A stretch of 61,199 nucleotides of DNA, filler included, from Globobulimina sp. (lineage: Eukaryota), in assembly GCA_003354225.1 (NCBI GenBank). It is 16 parts of 16 records of this genome, joined end to end, with 100 filler letters (N's around TTAATTAATTAA, not from the genome) between each part and the next. Parts side by side here need not be neighbours in the genome. Positions count along the whole stretch, not along the records: positions 23,007 to 26,737 come from PIVH01002181.1; positions 26,838 to 30,567 come from PIVH01002182.1; positions 30,668 to 34,397 come from PIVH01002183.1; positions 34,498 to 38,227 come from PIVH01002184.1; 12 more parts are not named here. The stretch is one strand, 5' to 3'. The position numbers and the translations under genes are program-made. Below, piece by piece: positions 23,172-36,251 of this stretch (position 1 is its first letter; every line of letters begins with the position of its first letter). The notes below the pieces were generated by a model. The model ran no database searches. It was given only the letters and a program-made list of their open reading frames with translations, and had not been told where the DNA came from.

Positions 23172-24134
23172 TTATTTTACTGTTTGAAATTTCGAAGGTA
23201 TCTGGGAAACGCGGTGATATTCAGCAGAAGAGTATTTTGTATAAATTCTTGAATCTTTGTTAACTTTTATAGCTTTTTTGTGTATTGCTTCCATTATAAA
23301 TCGAGTGTCATTCATTGTGTAATTATTCACATACTGCAATACATTATCATCTTGAAACTGTTTCCATGAAAATATCCCCGTTCCAATGCAGCAATAATAC
23401 AATATGCTACATGCTATTTTCGAGGGCAATTCCAATGACAATTTATAGTCATTCATACATATTTCACTGCAATACATCATCAATGATTTCAAAATCTTGC
23501 TTTTTTTATCAATCATTTGCGAACTGGCGCCCGTACTGCGAATATAATAAAAGCCGATCTGATAAAACCTTTCAATGAATGATAACGGAGTCGCTACGGT
23601 TATATCAAAATCAATTGCTCGCAGTATTATAATTTCCATTTGTGTCAATTGTTGGGTTTGGATGGAATTTCCCGACACAGCACAAAAATCATCCGGTACT
23701 GGAGCATATATCTCATGATATTTTGAGGAAATCCAAAGTGCAGTACATCCCAATAACTTTAAGTCATTATTACTAATCATACCGTTGATTGTTCCTAAAT
23801 AGCGATCGATGATATTTACTGCCAAATATAATGTACTGTCAAATAATTCAAATTTACTGTGAACGCAGGCGATCCAATTTAATATCTGAACGCGTGCGTG
23901 CACTGAAACTGATTTCGAGGAAATGTAATCTTTGATTGCTTTCTCATTTTCGAATAAAAATGAGATTACTTCATTAATATAGCGCGATGAATATTTTTCA
24001 TCGTTTTTTAACGCATCATCAAACTTTGACATTTCGCGGGTTTGAATGTTTTCATGTTTTTTACCTTGTCTTGAAGCATGTGGATCATTTGTGATATCTG
24101 TACCAAAACACCGAGAGCTATTACGTACACTCAT
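23172..24134 (-). CDS. B/A-type cyclin
   Basis: D-box-like RCFGTDITN; cyclin box R.QILNW..VHSKF.L...TLYLAVNIIDRYL, LLGCTALWISSKYHEIY, ME..IL..IDFDI. Confidence 0.9.
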   Translation of the reverse strand: MSVRNSSRCFGTDITNDPHASRQGKKHENIQTREMSKFDDALKNDEKYSSRYINEVISFLFENEKAIKDYISSKSVSVHARVQILNWIACVHSKFELFDSTLYLAVNIIDRYLGTINGMISNNDLKLLGCTALWISSKYHEIYAPVPDDFCAVSGNSIQTQQLTQMEIIILRAIDFDITVATPLSFIERFYQIGFYYIRSTGASSQMIDKKSKILKSLMMYCSEICMNDYKLSLELPSKIACSILYYCCIGTGIFSWKQFQDDNVLQYVNNYTMNDTRFIMEAIHKKAIKVNKDSRIYTKYSSAEYHRVSQIPSKFQTVK

Positions 24135-24304
24135 CTGTTTTTCAGTAGTTTTTGAAAACTGTGAATAGCAAACTAATTGTTATTATCTGAGTTGAGTACG
24201 GTTGTAATAATCATCAGATTACATATGATTATGAGTTAAATAATTGTTAAAACAAACATGCATAACACTAAAGTAATAATAACCAAATCAATGTTTCAGT
24301 TTTA

Positions 24305-26731
24305 TTAAATAGCCATTAACTCTTTCACTTTTGGTAATATTTGATGTGCGTACTCCACATTTAATGTTGTGCGTAATTGATTTACTAAGTTATGAACACG
24401 CGGAAAAACAGCATCATATTCTTTACATCTCTCAATTAATTCTTTACATTGAACCAAAATCTCATTCTCAGTCTTGCATTGTAATAATGTCTGTATTTCA
24501 ATCATTATTTCATTATTATGTCCCTTTTCCGGTTCATTTCCATTTCCATTTTCTTTGTCATTGAAATTATCATTATTTTCATCAATAATTTTTTGTAAAT
24601 GTTTAAAACATAAATTTACAGCGCAATTTTCTGGCAAACCAAGTATTGATTTAATAGTTTTTAATAAATTTCTCATTTCATTTAATTCCAAATATATTTG
24701 ATTCATTTTGGGAAAGACGCCTTCAATGCTTTTAATTGTAAATATATGTTGGAAATGTTGAATTATTCGATTACATAAATCATTTGGATTGGAAATTAAT
24801 TCTTTTTGTGCGTTATTGAAATTTTGTTTTGAATTTAAAAGATATTCTTCAGATTGAACCAACTCATCAATCTGTTTTACAATTTCATGTAAAGACAACA
24901 TATTGTTTTCATTCTTTGTTTCGTTTTTATAAATTGTCCGTTTCTTCAAATGTGTGTTTATTTTGGCTCGCAACGTTGTCAATGCATCGACTTTATCCAA
25001 CTGAATCACCCATTCTTTTAATATTGGCAAAACTTGGTCAAATATATTTTTTGGCGAAATTTTCGATATTTTTATTAATTGCGGTGCGTGGTCCGAGGCC
25101 ATTAATATACGGACAATTTTGGAAATATATTGTTCCAAAATAGGAACACATTCCACACACTTTGTGATTTTATTTACATTCGCAACCAAAACAGTAACAT
25201 CATTAATGGATAAAATTCGACATAAATCCTGCAATATTTCCTTCATTATTTGTGTCGGTAATCCATCGATTTCGGTCAACTTTAAAGTATGAATCTGTTT
25301 ATCCCTTTTTATTAATTCTCGTGTATCCATATACTTTCTTAAAGAGGCTGTTTTCTTTGTTTCTGACAGTTGTTTGTTCATTGCATTCAATTCTTGTCTT
25401 AAACGAGTCCATTCTGTGTAACTTGGACGTTTTTCAAGTTGGCCACTCAGACTTTTCGTTTCTTGTTTGCTTTCTACCAAAGCATGTTCCAATTCTTCTT
25501 TCTCTTTGTATATTTTATCTAATTTCTCTCTCAATTTGTGCGATTCCAAACGATTTAAATCTTTTGCCCTTTCGATATCATTCATATTTTCTACTTTCTT
25601 TGTTATTTCGTTTTTTGTTTTCCATTTTAAATCGATAACCACATCATCATCATCATCGTCATCTGACTCATCTGATTGTTGCTGTGATGAAGGAGTATAT
25701 GATACATTCCATGATGACTCATTATCACTTTTCTTCTTCTTCTTCTTTTCGAGTAATTTCTGATTTACGTTTCTTAATTCTTTGCTAAAAACGTATATTA
25801 AATAAAAAAATATATTTTTATTCCGAATGCTATAAAATATATAAAATAAGTACAAAACCGTAAGAATTTAATTTCATTTTGCATTTTTTTCTTTTCTTCT
25901 TGATACATTTGCATAATATCCAATTGTTTTTGATCTTTTTTATTATTTTTCTTTGAATTTCTTTTGTTTATGGACTGGAATACGGCCTCAACGCTCTCTC
26001 TTTTAAGCGCATCTTTTTCGATGGCTTTCTCTATTTTTTCTTTCAGTTTACTGATTTCCTCATTCTTTTTATTGATTATATTTTTGCAATGTTGCAATTG
26101 GTGTTTTATATTTATTAATAAATCATCGTTTTTATTATCAATTTCAATGCTTTTCTCTTTTATTTCTTTAATTTCTTGTTTTAAATCTGTCATTTTTTCC
26201 GATGAAATATGTAATTCTTTCCTAAGCTGTTTATTTTTCGATTTGAAATCATTGGATTCTTGCTCATATTTTCGAAGTTGCTGATTTTCGGATTTTAAAT
26301 CATTTGATTCCCGTTCATATTTATTCAATATTTCTTTAAATCGGTTGCAAATAATGGTATTTGTGGGTATTTCTTCAAATTTGTCATTCGGCTGTTTGGT
26401 CAAAACAGGAAATCCCAATTCGGCCAACATTTCATTAATTTCATGCCAACAATTTTCACCAAAATCAATAGCACTGATTTTAGTATTTGATAAAGTAATA
26501 TTTGTATCCTATTTATATTCAAGTTGTGTAAATATAGGTACATTCCAGAAAGCACTTAACATCATTTCCAACATTGTGCACAGGCAATGATGGTGAAAAT
26601 AAAAAGGGTGTATCAGGTAGGGATATGTTTGTATTATATTCATTTTTGTTGTTGTTATTGCCGTAATTGCTTTGTTTGAATGTCGGAGTAGAAAATCTAA
26701 TTTGTGACAATTTACTGGGTTCTTCGCTCAT
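24305..26731 (-). CDS. CEP70: CEP70-like centrosomal coiled-coil protein (spliced; introns near 25787-25860 and about 26510-26565)
   Basis: Long coiled coil and C-terminal IQHFQHIFTIKSIEGVFPKMNQIY resembling the CEP70 conserved block. Confidence 0.7.
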
Positions 26732-26854
26732 TAATAANNNNNNNNNNNNNNNNNNNNNNNNNNNNNNNNNNNNNNNNNNNNTTAATTAATTAANNNNNNN
26801 NNNNNNNNNNNNNNNNNNNNNNNNNNNNNNNNNNNNNTTGACTGACAATGATGT

Positions 26855-29286
26855 TTAGTGTCTGCCAGCTTCTTTTTCTTTTTCTTTCAACAAAGGAGTG
26901 CTTGGATTAGATACGCCAAGTATTGATTGCATCACTTTCAATGGATTGTTACCACTCAACTCCACCGATGGCGTCACTGCTTGATATTCATCGCCATACA
27001 TTATCTCCAAACTGATGGTATCCTCATGGTCGTCATCAAAGCGCAACTTCACCATATCCTCGGTTAAGATGTCACTTTCCGCATTGTGCACATTGTCCTC
27101 ATATTGCTTTTCAAGCCCATACCGCGAGCGCGATAACCCTCCGATGGCACTGTGCTCATTCATATTCGTGCTCTTATTCTCATCGATTTTCATCTCGTTT
27201 TTGTCTGTCTCAGCATTGCTGCCTCGGATCACAGGCAATTTGGCGAAGGACAGTGCAAATCTCGCTTGTTTATACGCTTCGTTGCGGATATATTTCACCG
27301 ATGGGAGTTTTTTTTTCGCTTTTTTTTTAGTTTTATTATCACTTTGATCAAATCGACTGAGCGCATGGAAACAGTCATCTTTTTGTTTGATTCCAGGCAA
27401 CCATCGTTTGATAATAATGTTTGCCTCTTTGTCCTGCAAAGCAATGTGAAGCATATTTAATATATATTTGACCCGTTTGGACAACTTCCGTTTGCTGGTA
27501 ATGGCCAACTGTTTGCTTGGTATCAATGACAATTTGGTATCTTTCACATAAAATATATTTTGTACGATGATATGAGAAAAATTATCTTGCGGCTCATTGA
27601 ATGATCGGAAATCAATGATTTCCAACTTCAACGAATATAAACTTTTTAATAATCTATTCTGATGGCCCCATTTTCCATACGTTTTCGTATGAATGCAATA
27701 ATACACAAAATGAAACTGGATCGCGCTGTACGATCGATTGGGATTATTGTCTATCGGCGTGGGCGTGATATTATAGTTGTCGTCAAAATCGCTGATTTTG
27801 ATGCTAGGTTTTTGCGACAAAATGAAGGACTGAAGTGACTTTACTGTGGTTTTTCGGGACTGTTGCATGTATAAATGTTTCTGTTTTTTAATTATTTGCA
27901 AGTCTGCACGCAACAGCAACGGTGCAATGATGACAGAAAACAACACCGCCATCAGTATGGAGGTCATTGTATTTTTCGTAATGATTTTTCCACCGTAGGC
28001 TTGCGTGGCTAAAATAAATGCAAATTCGCCCCAAGCAGCCATTGAAAACGAGATCATGCAAAACTCAGTCAATTGTATAGGGCGGCTGGTAGCAAAAATG
28101 CCAGTGGCTAACTTGCCAATAACTGCAATGAAATACAAGCAAGCATCCAATACAATTTTGCGGTCGCTCATGAAGTCCTGGATGGGCACTGCGAAGCCAA
28201 TGGTGCACGCAAAGAATATGCGCAGCATCCACAGCATGATGCGTTTCATCTGCTTGTCCCAGGCATGGTGGATGGTGTGGTCAGTGCACAGCATTATGCC
28301 CGCTAAGAAAGCGCCTAACAAATAAGAGGATTTTACATAAAAACAGATGGGAACCAACACCAACATCGACGAGAACAGCATCAGTAATATGGCATACTCA
28401 TGAAAGGCGATATCGATTCTATCCATTACGTATTTGATAATTTTGGGCGAAACTCGTATTGAGATGAAGCCAAACACCAAGATTAATATCGGTGAGATGC
28501 AAAGTACCCAAACAATGTCGAACATTGAGGGATTGCTGCCGCCTAATTCTTGCAATATGGATAGCAACATTAAGGCGATAACGTCGTCCAATACCGCAGC
28601 GGCGATGATTAATTGCCCAGTCGGGGTGTTTAGTACACCGCCATTCCGCAACACTTCTAATGCAATGCCTGGATATATAGGGACATAATTATACAAATAG
28701 AGACTTTGAATGTTACATACAATACAAAGTAACACATACATACCCATTGATGTTGGCGCAAAGCAGGCGCCAATGGCCACGGCCGTACGTGGCTCGATTG
28801 AGAAGTCCCAAATGAACAACGCTATCACGGAACCAATTGCTAAGGGGAACATTGAGCCAAATACTGCCACCATTAATCCTTTGGTGCCGACTACTTTTAA
28901 CACGCCCATATTGACATCGATGCCAGCTTCCAACACTAACAATAATAAGCCAATGTCGCCGAGTACCACCAATGCGTCCCATTTCGGCACAATATCCAAT
29001 AAGTTTGGACCTAAAATGATGCCGATGATTATTTCTCCTACGAGTGCCGGCATTGCTGTGTATTTAATATTCGTGTTGGATGGTATTGAATGAAAACATT
29101 AGTGAGCTTCAGAGGAAACAGCGGTTGTTTACCCAGACGGACTGATATTTTACCAACCAGCCATAAAGCGGCAAAAAATATCATCATGAAAAGTACATCG
29201 TTAAATATCTGTTCTGCGGTATGATATGTTTGCTCTGCATCACAAACCACAGTCTCCAACAGCATCCTTGACGGACTCATTATCAT
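26855..29286 (-). CDS. CPA2-type Na+(K+)/H+ antiporter with cytoplasmic C-terminal region; two short introns (about 29056-29131 and 28671-28742)
   Basis: PALVGEIIIGIILGP, LLVLEAGID, APTS.GI, IIAAAVLDD, LGAFLAG, WGEFAFI. Confidence 0.9.
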
Positions 29287-29364
29287 TTTGCTAGCTAAAA
29301 AACTCTCAACACTAAAAAACAAATCCAAAATAAATATGCACAATGTCTAATTGAAAACGTCTCG

Positions 29365-29401
29365 GCAACTATGAGTCTGGAATCAGACTTACGTCCTACT
29401 A
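29365..29401 (+). mobile_element. Internally deleted 3'-end fragment of the (TAC)n retroelement (copy D)
   Basis: TGAGTCTGGAATCAGACTTAC joined directly to GTCCTACTA. Confidence 0.6.
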
Positions 29402-29527
29402 TGTATACTTAAAGTGTTTTCAATATATAGATCTATGTATACTTAAAGTGTATACTATGTATACTTAAAGAATCGGACTTACGTCCTACTATTAAAATAT
29501 ATAGATACAAGTGTTTTCAATATATTC
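29380..29527. repeat. Patchwork of short local duplications
   Basis: GAATC(A/G)GACTTACGTCCTACTAT x2, CTATGTATACTTAAAG x3, AAGTGTTTTCAATATAT x2, AATATATAGAT x2. Confidence 0.85.
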
Positions 29528-30567
29528 TAGGACATTCTGAAAGATTTTTCAATGGTTCATTAATATCAAAATGTCTTTTTAAATTTTCCAAGGCTGCCCA
29601 AATTCCACCAGCATGATATGCATGATCTATAGAATAACTGCTTGATGAAATATAAATATTTTCATCATCTTTTGGGTGGAATATATTTTGCAATATATTA
29701 CTTTCAATATATCCATATTTCCATCTCATATAAAATCCATCACTGTTACTATCGTTCCAACCCATTGGATTTACAAATGCTGCAATTGGCAAAGGTATAT
29801 ATTTTTTTGTCAATAATCGTAACTGTTTTGTTGCTTCATCCACCACAAATTTTGATGCAACAATTAAACCATTCATATTATCCGTTTCTATGCCATCATG
29901 CATTGGATATGGATCATCTAAACTTTGTAACGTGTGCCATAAACCAGACTTATCGCCATAAGCATAAATATGAATAGTTGTCAATGTGTCATTGGTCCAT
30001 GCTTTTTCAATATAAAAGCTGACCAAACTATCATCAGTTTGTGAATCTGATGCTAATAATGTTAAATTTTCAGTCAACCAAAAAGCAGAATCATAAATTA
30101 AATTTATTTTATAGGCTTTTACCTGGAACAAAAAATATAGAATCGCGTGGTTTTTATTTTCTGCAAATATATTATATATTAAATACAATACCTGAGGCAC
30201 AGAATTAATTAATGTTTTGGTGTATTGGTTGTCAATGGGTATTGTATATGGCAATAATTGTTTTAATTGAGTTGGGGCGATCGTTAATATAATTTTTGAG
30301 GCATAAACCTTTGAAATGATATTTTCATCATACACATCTTGGATATGTACAATATATGGATATTTAGCTTTGTTTGCATTATTATCGTTATATTTCACAG
30401 CAATCACTTTGTGCTCAAATAAAAATTCATTATTCGATGACGATGATATCTTATCATGCATTCTTCGACAAATTTGATCGTAGCCATGTTTCAAAGTAAA
30501 ATATATTTCTTCAATAGAACCATTGCTTGGATTTCTGTGTGTTTGTTCAATCAATTTAGCTAAATTA
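29517..30567 (-). CDS. Flavin-dependent amine-oxidase-like protein, 5' partial; intron about 30123-30191
   Basis: LKHGYDQIC, FEHKVIAV, ASKIILTIAP, KINLIYDSAFW, ENIYISSSSYS...GGIWAA follow the amino_oxidase family pattern. Confidence 0.6.
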
Positions 30568-30667
30568 NNNNNNNNNNNNNNNNNNNNNNNNNNNNNNNNN
30601 NNNNNNNNNNNTTAATTAATTAANNNNNNNNNNNNNNNNNNNNNNNNNNNNNNNNNNNNNNNNNNNN

Positions 30668-32707
30668 GTGGATCCCGAGGAGCTCACTTGGGGCAAAAAC
30701 CGCTGCTCGGCGCCACAACAATTGTTGTCCAATCCGTACGCCTTATTCTGCGACGCCAATATGAGCGTTATTACCTTGATCCAGATCCTGACCACCAACA
30801 ATTGGCACATTATCATGTACACTGCGCTGCAGGTCACCGATAACTGGCTCAACTCGGTCTATTTCATCACGTTCTTCTTCCTCGGCCCGATATTGGTGGT
30901 CTCTTTGTTGCTGGCGATGTTTTTCAATATGTTTTTCGGCATTTCTGTGCAATCTGAAAACGAGCTGTCTGCGTTTTTCCAGGCGACCGACGCCGAGGCG
31001 GAATCGCTGAAAAAACACATGGAACTGCAACAATTCCGGGAGCAAATGCAAAACGCCGACGACGAGTTTATGCGCGATGTGCCGCTGCCGACCGAGGTGG
31101 GCATTTCTGAGTTGCCGACTGGCGCCAAAATATTAACTATCCGCAGAGCCAAAAATAAGCTCGAAACTGACGACCACGAACAACAAGCCGCAGATACGAA
31201 TGGTGAGATCGACCCAAATGGTGGGCCACAAGGCCCACAACTGTCCGTTGAGACTGAATTAGTGCACATCCCCTTACTGAATGTGGCGCGACAAATCTGG
31301 GACAACATTCCCGGCCAAGACTGGACCGACGAGCGCTCGAACAACACATACAAGCAAACCTTCACTGGCAGAGAAGCCACGAATTATTTGTTGGACGCCG
31401 GGTTCGCGCCCGATGGCGAGGAGGCGGTGGATTATTTGGCGCTGATTATGGACGACATTTGTGCTTTTATGCGGGTCGACGCCGGCAAAGAACAGGAGTT
31501 CGAGAACGATGACAATGCGCACTATCAATGGATCATTGTGCCGGACGAAGAGGACGGTGCTTATGACGGTTTGGCGGAGGAGTACGACGAGGACGACCAG
31601 GTGGCTCTGGAGGACATAATGATTGGTTTCCGCCATTCGTACGGTGGCTATCATCGGCTGTTGAAACAATACCGGGCGGCGGGGATCGATCCGGCTCAGC
31701 AGGCGGCGCGAGATATTGCCGCCAAACACGCCGTGTGCAATACGCCGCTGTCCGAGTTGTCTCAGATGAATACGCCGGGTCAGTCGCCTGTGGACAACAG
31801 CAATACGTCTCCGATGTCGGCGGGAAATGGCGCCACTGCGGGCGGCACGGATTTGGCGCTCGGCCAGAAAATTGTCGCTGTGGCGAAACACGTTCATAGC
31901 AAATCGCAGAAAACCTTGGACGGCATCGCTACCAAACTGCGGAATGAGGAGAAGGAGAAAGAGAGCAAAGAGGAGAAAGTGTCGCCGCTCTCCATCAATA
32001 TCAGCAATTTTAGCCATTTGAATGACGATATGGCGGAGTCGGATGATGAGGGCGTTGTGGTGAGCAACATCGAGAGGAATAGACTGAAAAATACAGTCAA
32101 GCCGCCGAGGTTAGCGACGATAGACTCGACTACGGCGATAATCCACGGATTGGGCGACGTAAAGACGGTGTTTTCCGGCTCGAATACAAATTTTGGCAAT
32201 ATACATAATTTTAAAGCGACTTCTGTGGAGCTGTCGAATACGAACACAAACAAAGCAAAAAAAGCAACTACGCCCAGCACAAAGATGCGGAAGACCCAAT
32301 CGAATGAAACCGACTTCAAACGAACGGGCACCAAAACGCTGCCACAATCTGAAGTTAAGCTTACTATCTTTTGGCCCCACTCTCAATTACAAATTAAACA
32401 TATAAATCTATATACATTTAATTTCCTTCATGTTCCTGCCCTATTCCTCCTGTACTGCAAATAGAGAAATCTAAATCTAAACTTATCCGCAATAAATGAA
32501 ACTGATACTAATTTTAACCACATTAACATTCAGAACGAGGACTCGAGTCAGACTCAGACAACAACGGCGCCTCTGAGTCGATTACAAAAATCCAAATCTG
32601 TCAAAAATAATATTATCAAACCAGGCGGGCTGAACAGAAGTGCGTCATCGAAAAATATATTATTGCGACATTTGGACCGGCCACGCGGCAAAAATCAACA
32701 TCAATAA
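30668..32707 (+). CDS. Two-pore/voltage-gated cation channel C-terminal part (pore, S6, long tail with DEP domain), 5' partial; intron from 32353
   Basis: TLIQILTTNNWHIIM pore helix and filter, VYFITFFFLGPILVVSLLLAMF S6; TFTGREATNYL...EEAV...FEND..AHYQW DEP pattern. Confidence 0.75.
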
Positions 32708-33003
32708 AATAAACATTTTTGCTTTGTTTTGTGAATTGTTTTGTTTATGTTCTGTTCTGTTCTGTTGTTACAGCATATATTTATAATATTATTTGTTCCC
32801 ATCTTTCCATCGTATTCAACTTTTTGTTGTTTTTTTTGTGTAAATGTTCAAACCATTATTTTTTGTTTTTTTGACAATTGACAACGACTTCTAAGTCTAA
32901 ATAAATGCATCTTAATCGCGCTAAATCCAAACTTTCTTAACAAAAAAGATTTTCGCTAATTTAAAAATATGCACTTCAGGCTGTTACACTATCCGTACTG
33001 AGC

Positions 33004-34141
33004 ATGGAAATCAAAAGAAGCAAAAAGATAGCAAATGGAACAGAAGAGTATCGATGGCATTATGATTGGACAACGTGTACATTTCTTGATAAATTAAAAG
33101 TGTATTTGTTTGCCTTCTATGCCTCTCATCTATTATTCCATGCAACATTGTATTCACTCCCATTGTTTGTATTATTATTTTTCAACATCATATCATTCAA
33201 CCTGTTTGTTATGATAATTATCATCTATTTTTCTTCATATTTTTTTTATAAACCATTCGAATGTCGGAAGAACGAGCTACCATGGTATGAAATAATGAAA
33301 ATGTTGTGAAAATATGATGAAAATGTGCATCTAATTAAGGTATTCCGAATGGTTTAAAAAGCATGCCTTTTGGGACTGGGCTAAATTTTATTTAGACTGG
33401 CTTGTAATACGTCGGGGAGCTGACAAACTGTACAAAAATAAACAATTTATTTACTGTGTCCAACCGCATGGCATATTGGCTGTGAATCGAATTCAAATGC
33501 TTGGCGGAGTTTGGTTTAATGAAATCCAGCCTGGCACATTTGGTCGGTATGCTGCAGCAACGCCGCAATTTTATGTGCCGGGGGTCCGAGAAACATCTAT
33601 TTGGGCGGCAGCGGTGGATGCATCTAAAAGAGTATTAAATGCTGTCATAAGTCATGGTGAATCAGTATATTTATGGGTTGGTGGAACGAAAGAATTATTG
33701 ACAACGGATCCAAACAGTACGGAAACAAAATTAGTGGTATTGGACCGATATGGATTCATAAAACTGGCGATCATTAATGGAATTGATATTGTTCCAGTCA
33801 TGCAATTTGGTGAGAAATTCATTTATCGAATGTATACATTTCCATTTTTCATACACAGCATTTTGTATAAATTTTTCAAAACACCGGGGATATTATTTTT
33901 TGGTAAAATTGGATTGATGCCGCATGGAAAAAGAAGAGATGGGACACCGATTCGACTGGGAATGGTGGTGGGAGAACCAATTAAAATAAGAAAAAGTAAT
34001 GTGGATGCTATTGATTTTGAAAAACATATCAAACCAATTCATGAAGAATATATGAAAAGAATGACATATTTGTTTCAGACTTATAAAAAAGAATATCATT
34101 ATGGTGATGAGCAAACATTAACATTTGTTAGTGCCTCTTAA
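33004..34141 (+). CDS. DGAT2/MOGAT-family acyltransferase; intron about 33285-33339
   Basis: Spliced FIYCVQPHGI, WVGGTKE, RYGFIKLAI..G..IVPV.QFGE, MVVGEPI. Confidence 0.88.
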
Positions 34142-34497
34142 CGATATATTCCAAAAGATAACCCCCCCCCTGTTTGGATTGTTCTGGATTTGCAAACCCA
34201 AGACAATTAAAGTTATAACAAACACAGAACAAACCCATAGAAAACCGTTTCTTAGTATTTTGAAGAATCAAATGTATACAACTTATCGACCAGGGGGGGG
34301 GGGGGGTTTTTTTTGAAATATATTGTTAAGGGGCACAAAAAAATTTTTATTTTTTCTCCTCCCCATAATAATTTTTTTTTTTATAATTTTGAAAAAANNN
34401 NNNNNNNNNNNNNNNNNNNNNNNNNNNNNNNNNNNNNNNNNTTAATTAATTAANNNNNNNNNNNNNNNNNNNNNNNNNNNNNNNNNNNNNNNNNNNN

Positions 34498-34616
34498 CCA
34501 TCTCTGACATCAAATATTAACAATTGATTTTCAGGAACAATTGATTTAATTTGTTTGAGTCTCTCTTCATAATATTCCTTTGCCCATTGTTTATCTGTTA
34601 AAAATTTATCAATATT
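34498..34616 (+). repeat. 119-bp terminal direct repeat, identical to 38109-38227
   Basis: The first and last 119 nt of contig 10 are the same sequence. Confidence 0.95.
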
Positions 34617-35072
34617 ATTCTTTAATAAACGTGGCCAATAATATTGTTGTAAACCTTTAATTACTTTCAAAAACTTTGCAGCAAACGTAACTGGTTTAGA
34701 AAATATTATATTTGTTAACTGAACCATACTTGGATACCATTTCGTAAATTCAAAACGTGGAACAATAACCTTACAATTTGGATATTGAGCAAATATTTTA
34801 TCCCAATATAATATGGTTGGAAAATCCATAATTGACTGACATTTAATTTGTTGTAACCATTCATCAAAATCAACCATATCATTCCAATTTGGTTTATCTA
34901 ACTTATTAAATATACCAAAATTATCTCTGCACCACCATGGCATCCCTTTCTTAAGGAGTGCTAAATCCGACACCGCTGCATGCCAAACAGGACCATATCC
35001 CAATATATCCAACGCCAATGCTACTGATCCTGTTCCACCTCGATGGAATCCTGCATGAAGCACCTTTAACTC
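34498..35072 (-). CDS. P-loop sulfotransferase-like protein, N-terminal part; continues at 38227-37919 through the terminal repeat
   Basis: LKVLHAGFHRGGTGSVALALDILGYGPVWH, DFP, YPNCKVI, W..S, VPENQLLIFDV. Confidence 0.8.
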
Positions 35073-35467
35073 AAACCTCTCGCAGCTTTCACCTCATTGA
35101 CGAGTTTGATATTCTGTTTTCTTATTTGAGTTGCATCAATACCATCATTTTTTGCTTGGCAACATTGATGTTTTGAAAAATTTGATGTTTTTACTGCACC
35201 ACCATTTGATACTGTTAATTTATATAATGCTCCTTTGCCAGTTGGACATGAAAGTCCTTTAACACAAATACACCAATCCAACGGTAGTTGCGATTGCGAA
35301 CCAGAACCGCCAACGTGAAGTCTGCAGAAATGTACACGATATTTGTCTGGTAATTTCGATCCAAACTCAATTATTTCCAATTTTTTATCTTTTAATGCTT
35401 GGTAAACACTTAATTTTGATTTTTCATTCCAATCTGTAACTAACTCCATTTCAATCTTGGTAAACAA
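35073..35467 (-). mobile_element. hAT (Hermes-like) transposase N-terminal BED-finger fragment
   Basis: WCICV...C...LYK...TSNFSKHQCC resembles the Hermes-type W.FC..C...Y....TSNL.RH.CC; cut off before the catalytic domain. Confidence 0.55.
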
Positions 35468-35737
35468 TTAATTATTTGATCTGTTGCACGATACGTTATT
35501 CAATGTTGCGAAATACAGTTAATGAGTGTCTAAAATTAGTTGCTAAAAATATACATTTCATATTAATAGATATAGATTATAGCTGTAGCTGCCATGATTA
35601 TTGCATCGTATATCTAGATAACAATTATAATACAATAATTTCAAAAGAATAAAAATACCTTCGGCCTGGACTGTATAAAGTCGTTCGTTTGGACTGTATA
35701 AACTGTTACAAAATATATAAAATTTGAGTTTTGTCAG

Positions 35738-36097
35738 CTAAATCTTGCGTAATTTAGTCGCTGTCGTATTTCTCATCAAATATATATTTTTCTTTAATTC
35801 AATCATTAAAATATCTAAAAAACATTGTTGTTTCTTATTTTCTATGATTTGCATAAATGTTTTTAAGCCATATTGGTTCATATTTGTGCTTTGGAATTTA
35901 TTATAATTATATTCATTTTTTTGCGGAGGATAGTAAAATTCACCTGTCTGTATATATGCAATAGATGGATCAACACCAATATGCCATAATGTAATACTAA
36001 ATAACTGACTAACGTGTATTGGATGGGGAGGACCAACCACATTGCTCACAGATGCCTTGCAATCATTTGAATGTTTGATTGTACAGTAATTCCCCAA
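35738..36097 (-). CDS. Hypothetical gene fragment
   Basis: 119-aa ORF with no recognised motif. Confidence 0.3.
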   Translation of the reverse strand: MGNYCTIKHSNDCKASVSNVVGPPHPIHVSQLFSITLWHIGVDPSIAYIQTGEFYYPPQKNEYNYNKFQSTNMNQYGLKTFMQIIENKKQQCFLDILMIELKKNIYLMRNTTATKLRKI

Positions 36098-36251
36098 ATA
36101 ATTTATTTATTATTGATCAATAATAACAGGTGCAGTGCAGGGGATATATCTTATCGTTTGATGTGCGGTGATATTAAAGAGCGGTTGATTTTTATTCATA
36201 TGATGTTATCTGCAGTTGTTTGAAAACAAACTCAAGTCGACTCTGTTGATC

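Noticed and set aside
29380-29527. CRISPR-like repeat array
   Set aside because: Repeats are of several different units with irregular spacing, there are no unique spacers of constant length and no cas genes
30743-32386. Long antisense ORFs over the channel gene, and similar ones over the anoctamin, antiporter and ABCF genes
   Set aside because: Shadow ORFs expected opposite higher-GC coding sequence; no motifs
34270-34397. Poly-G and homopolymer-rich stretch as a G-quadruplex or regulatory element
   Set aside because: It lies at a contig end and looks like low-quality read tail
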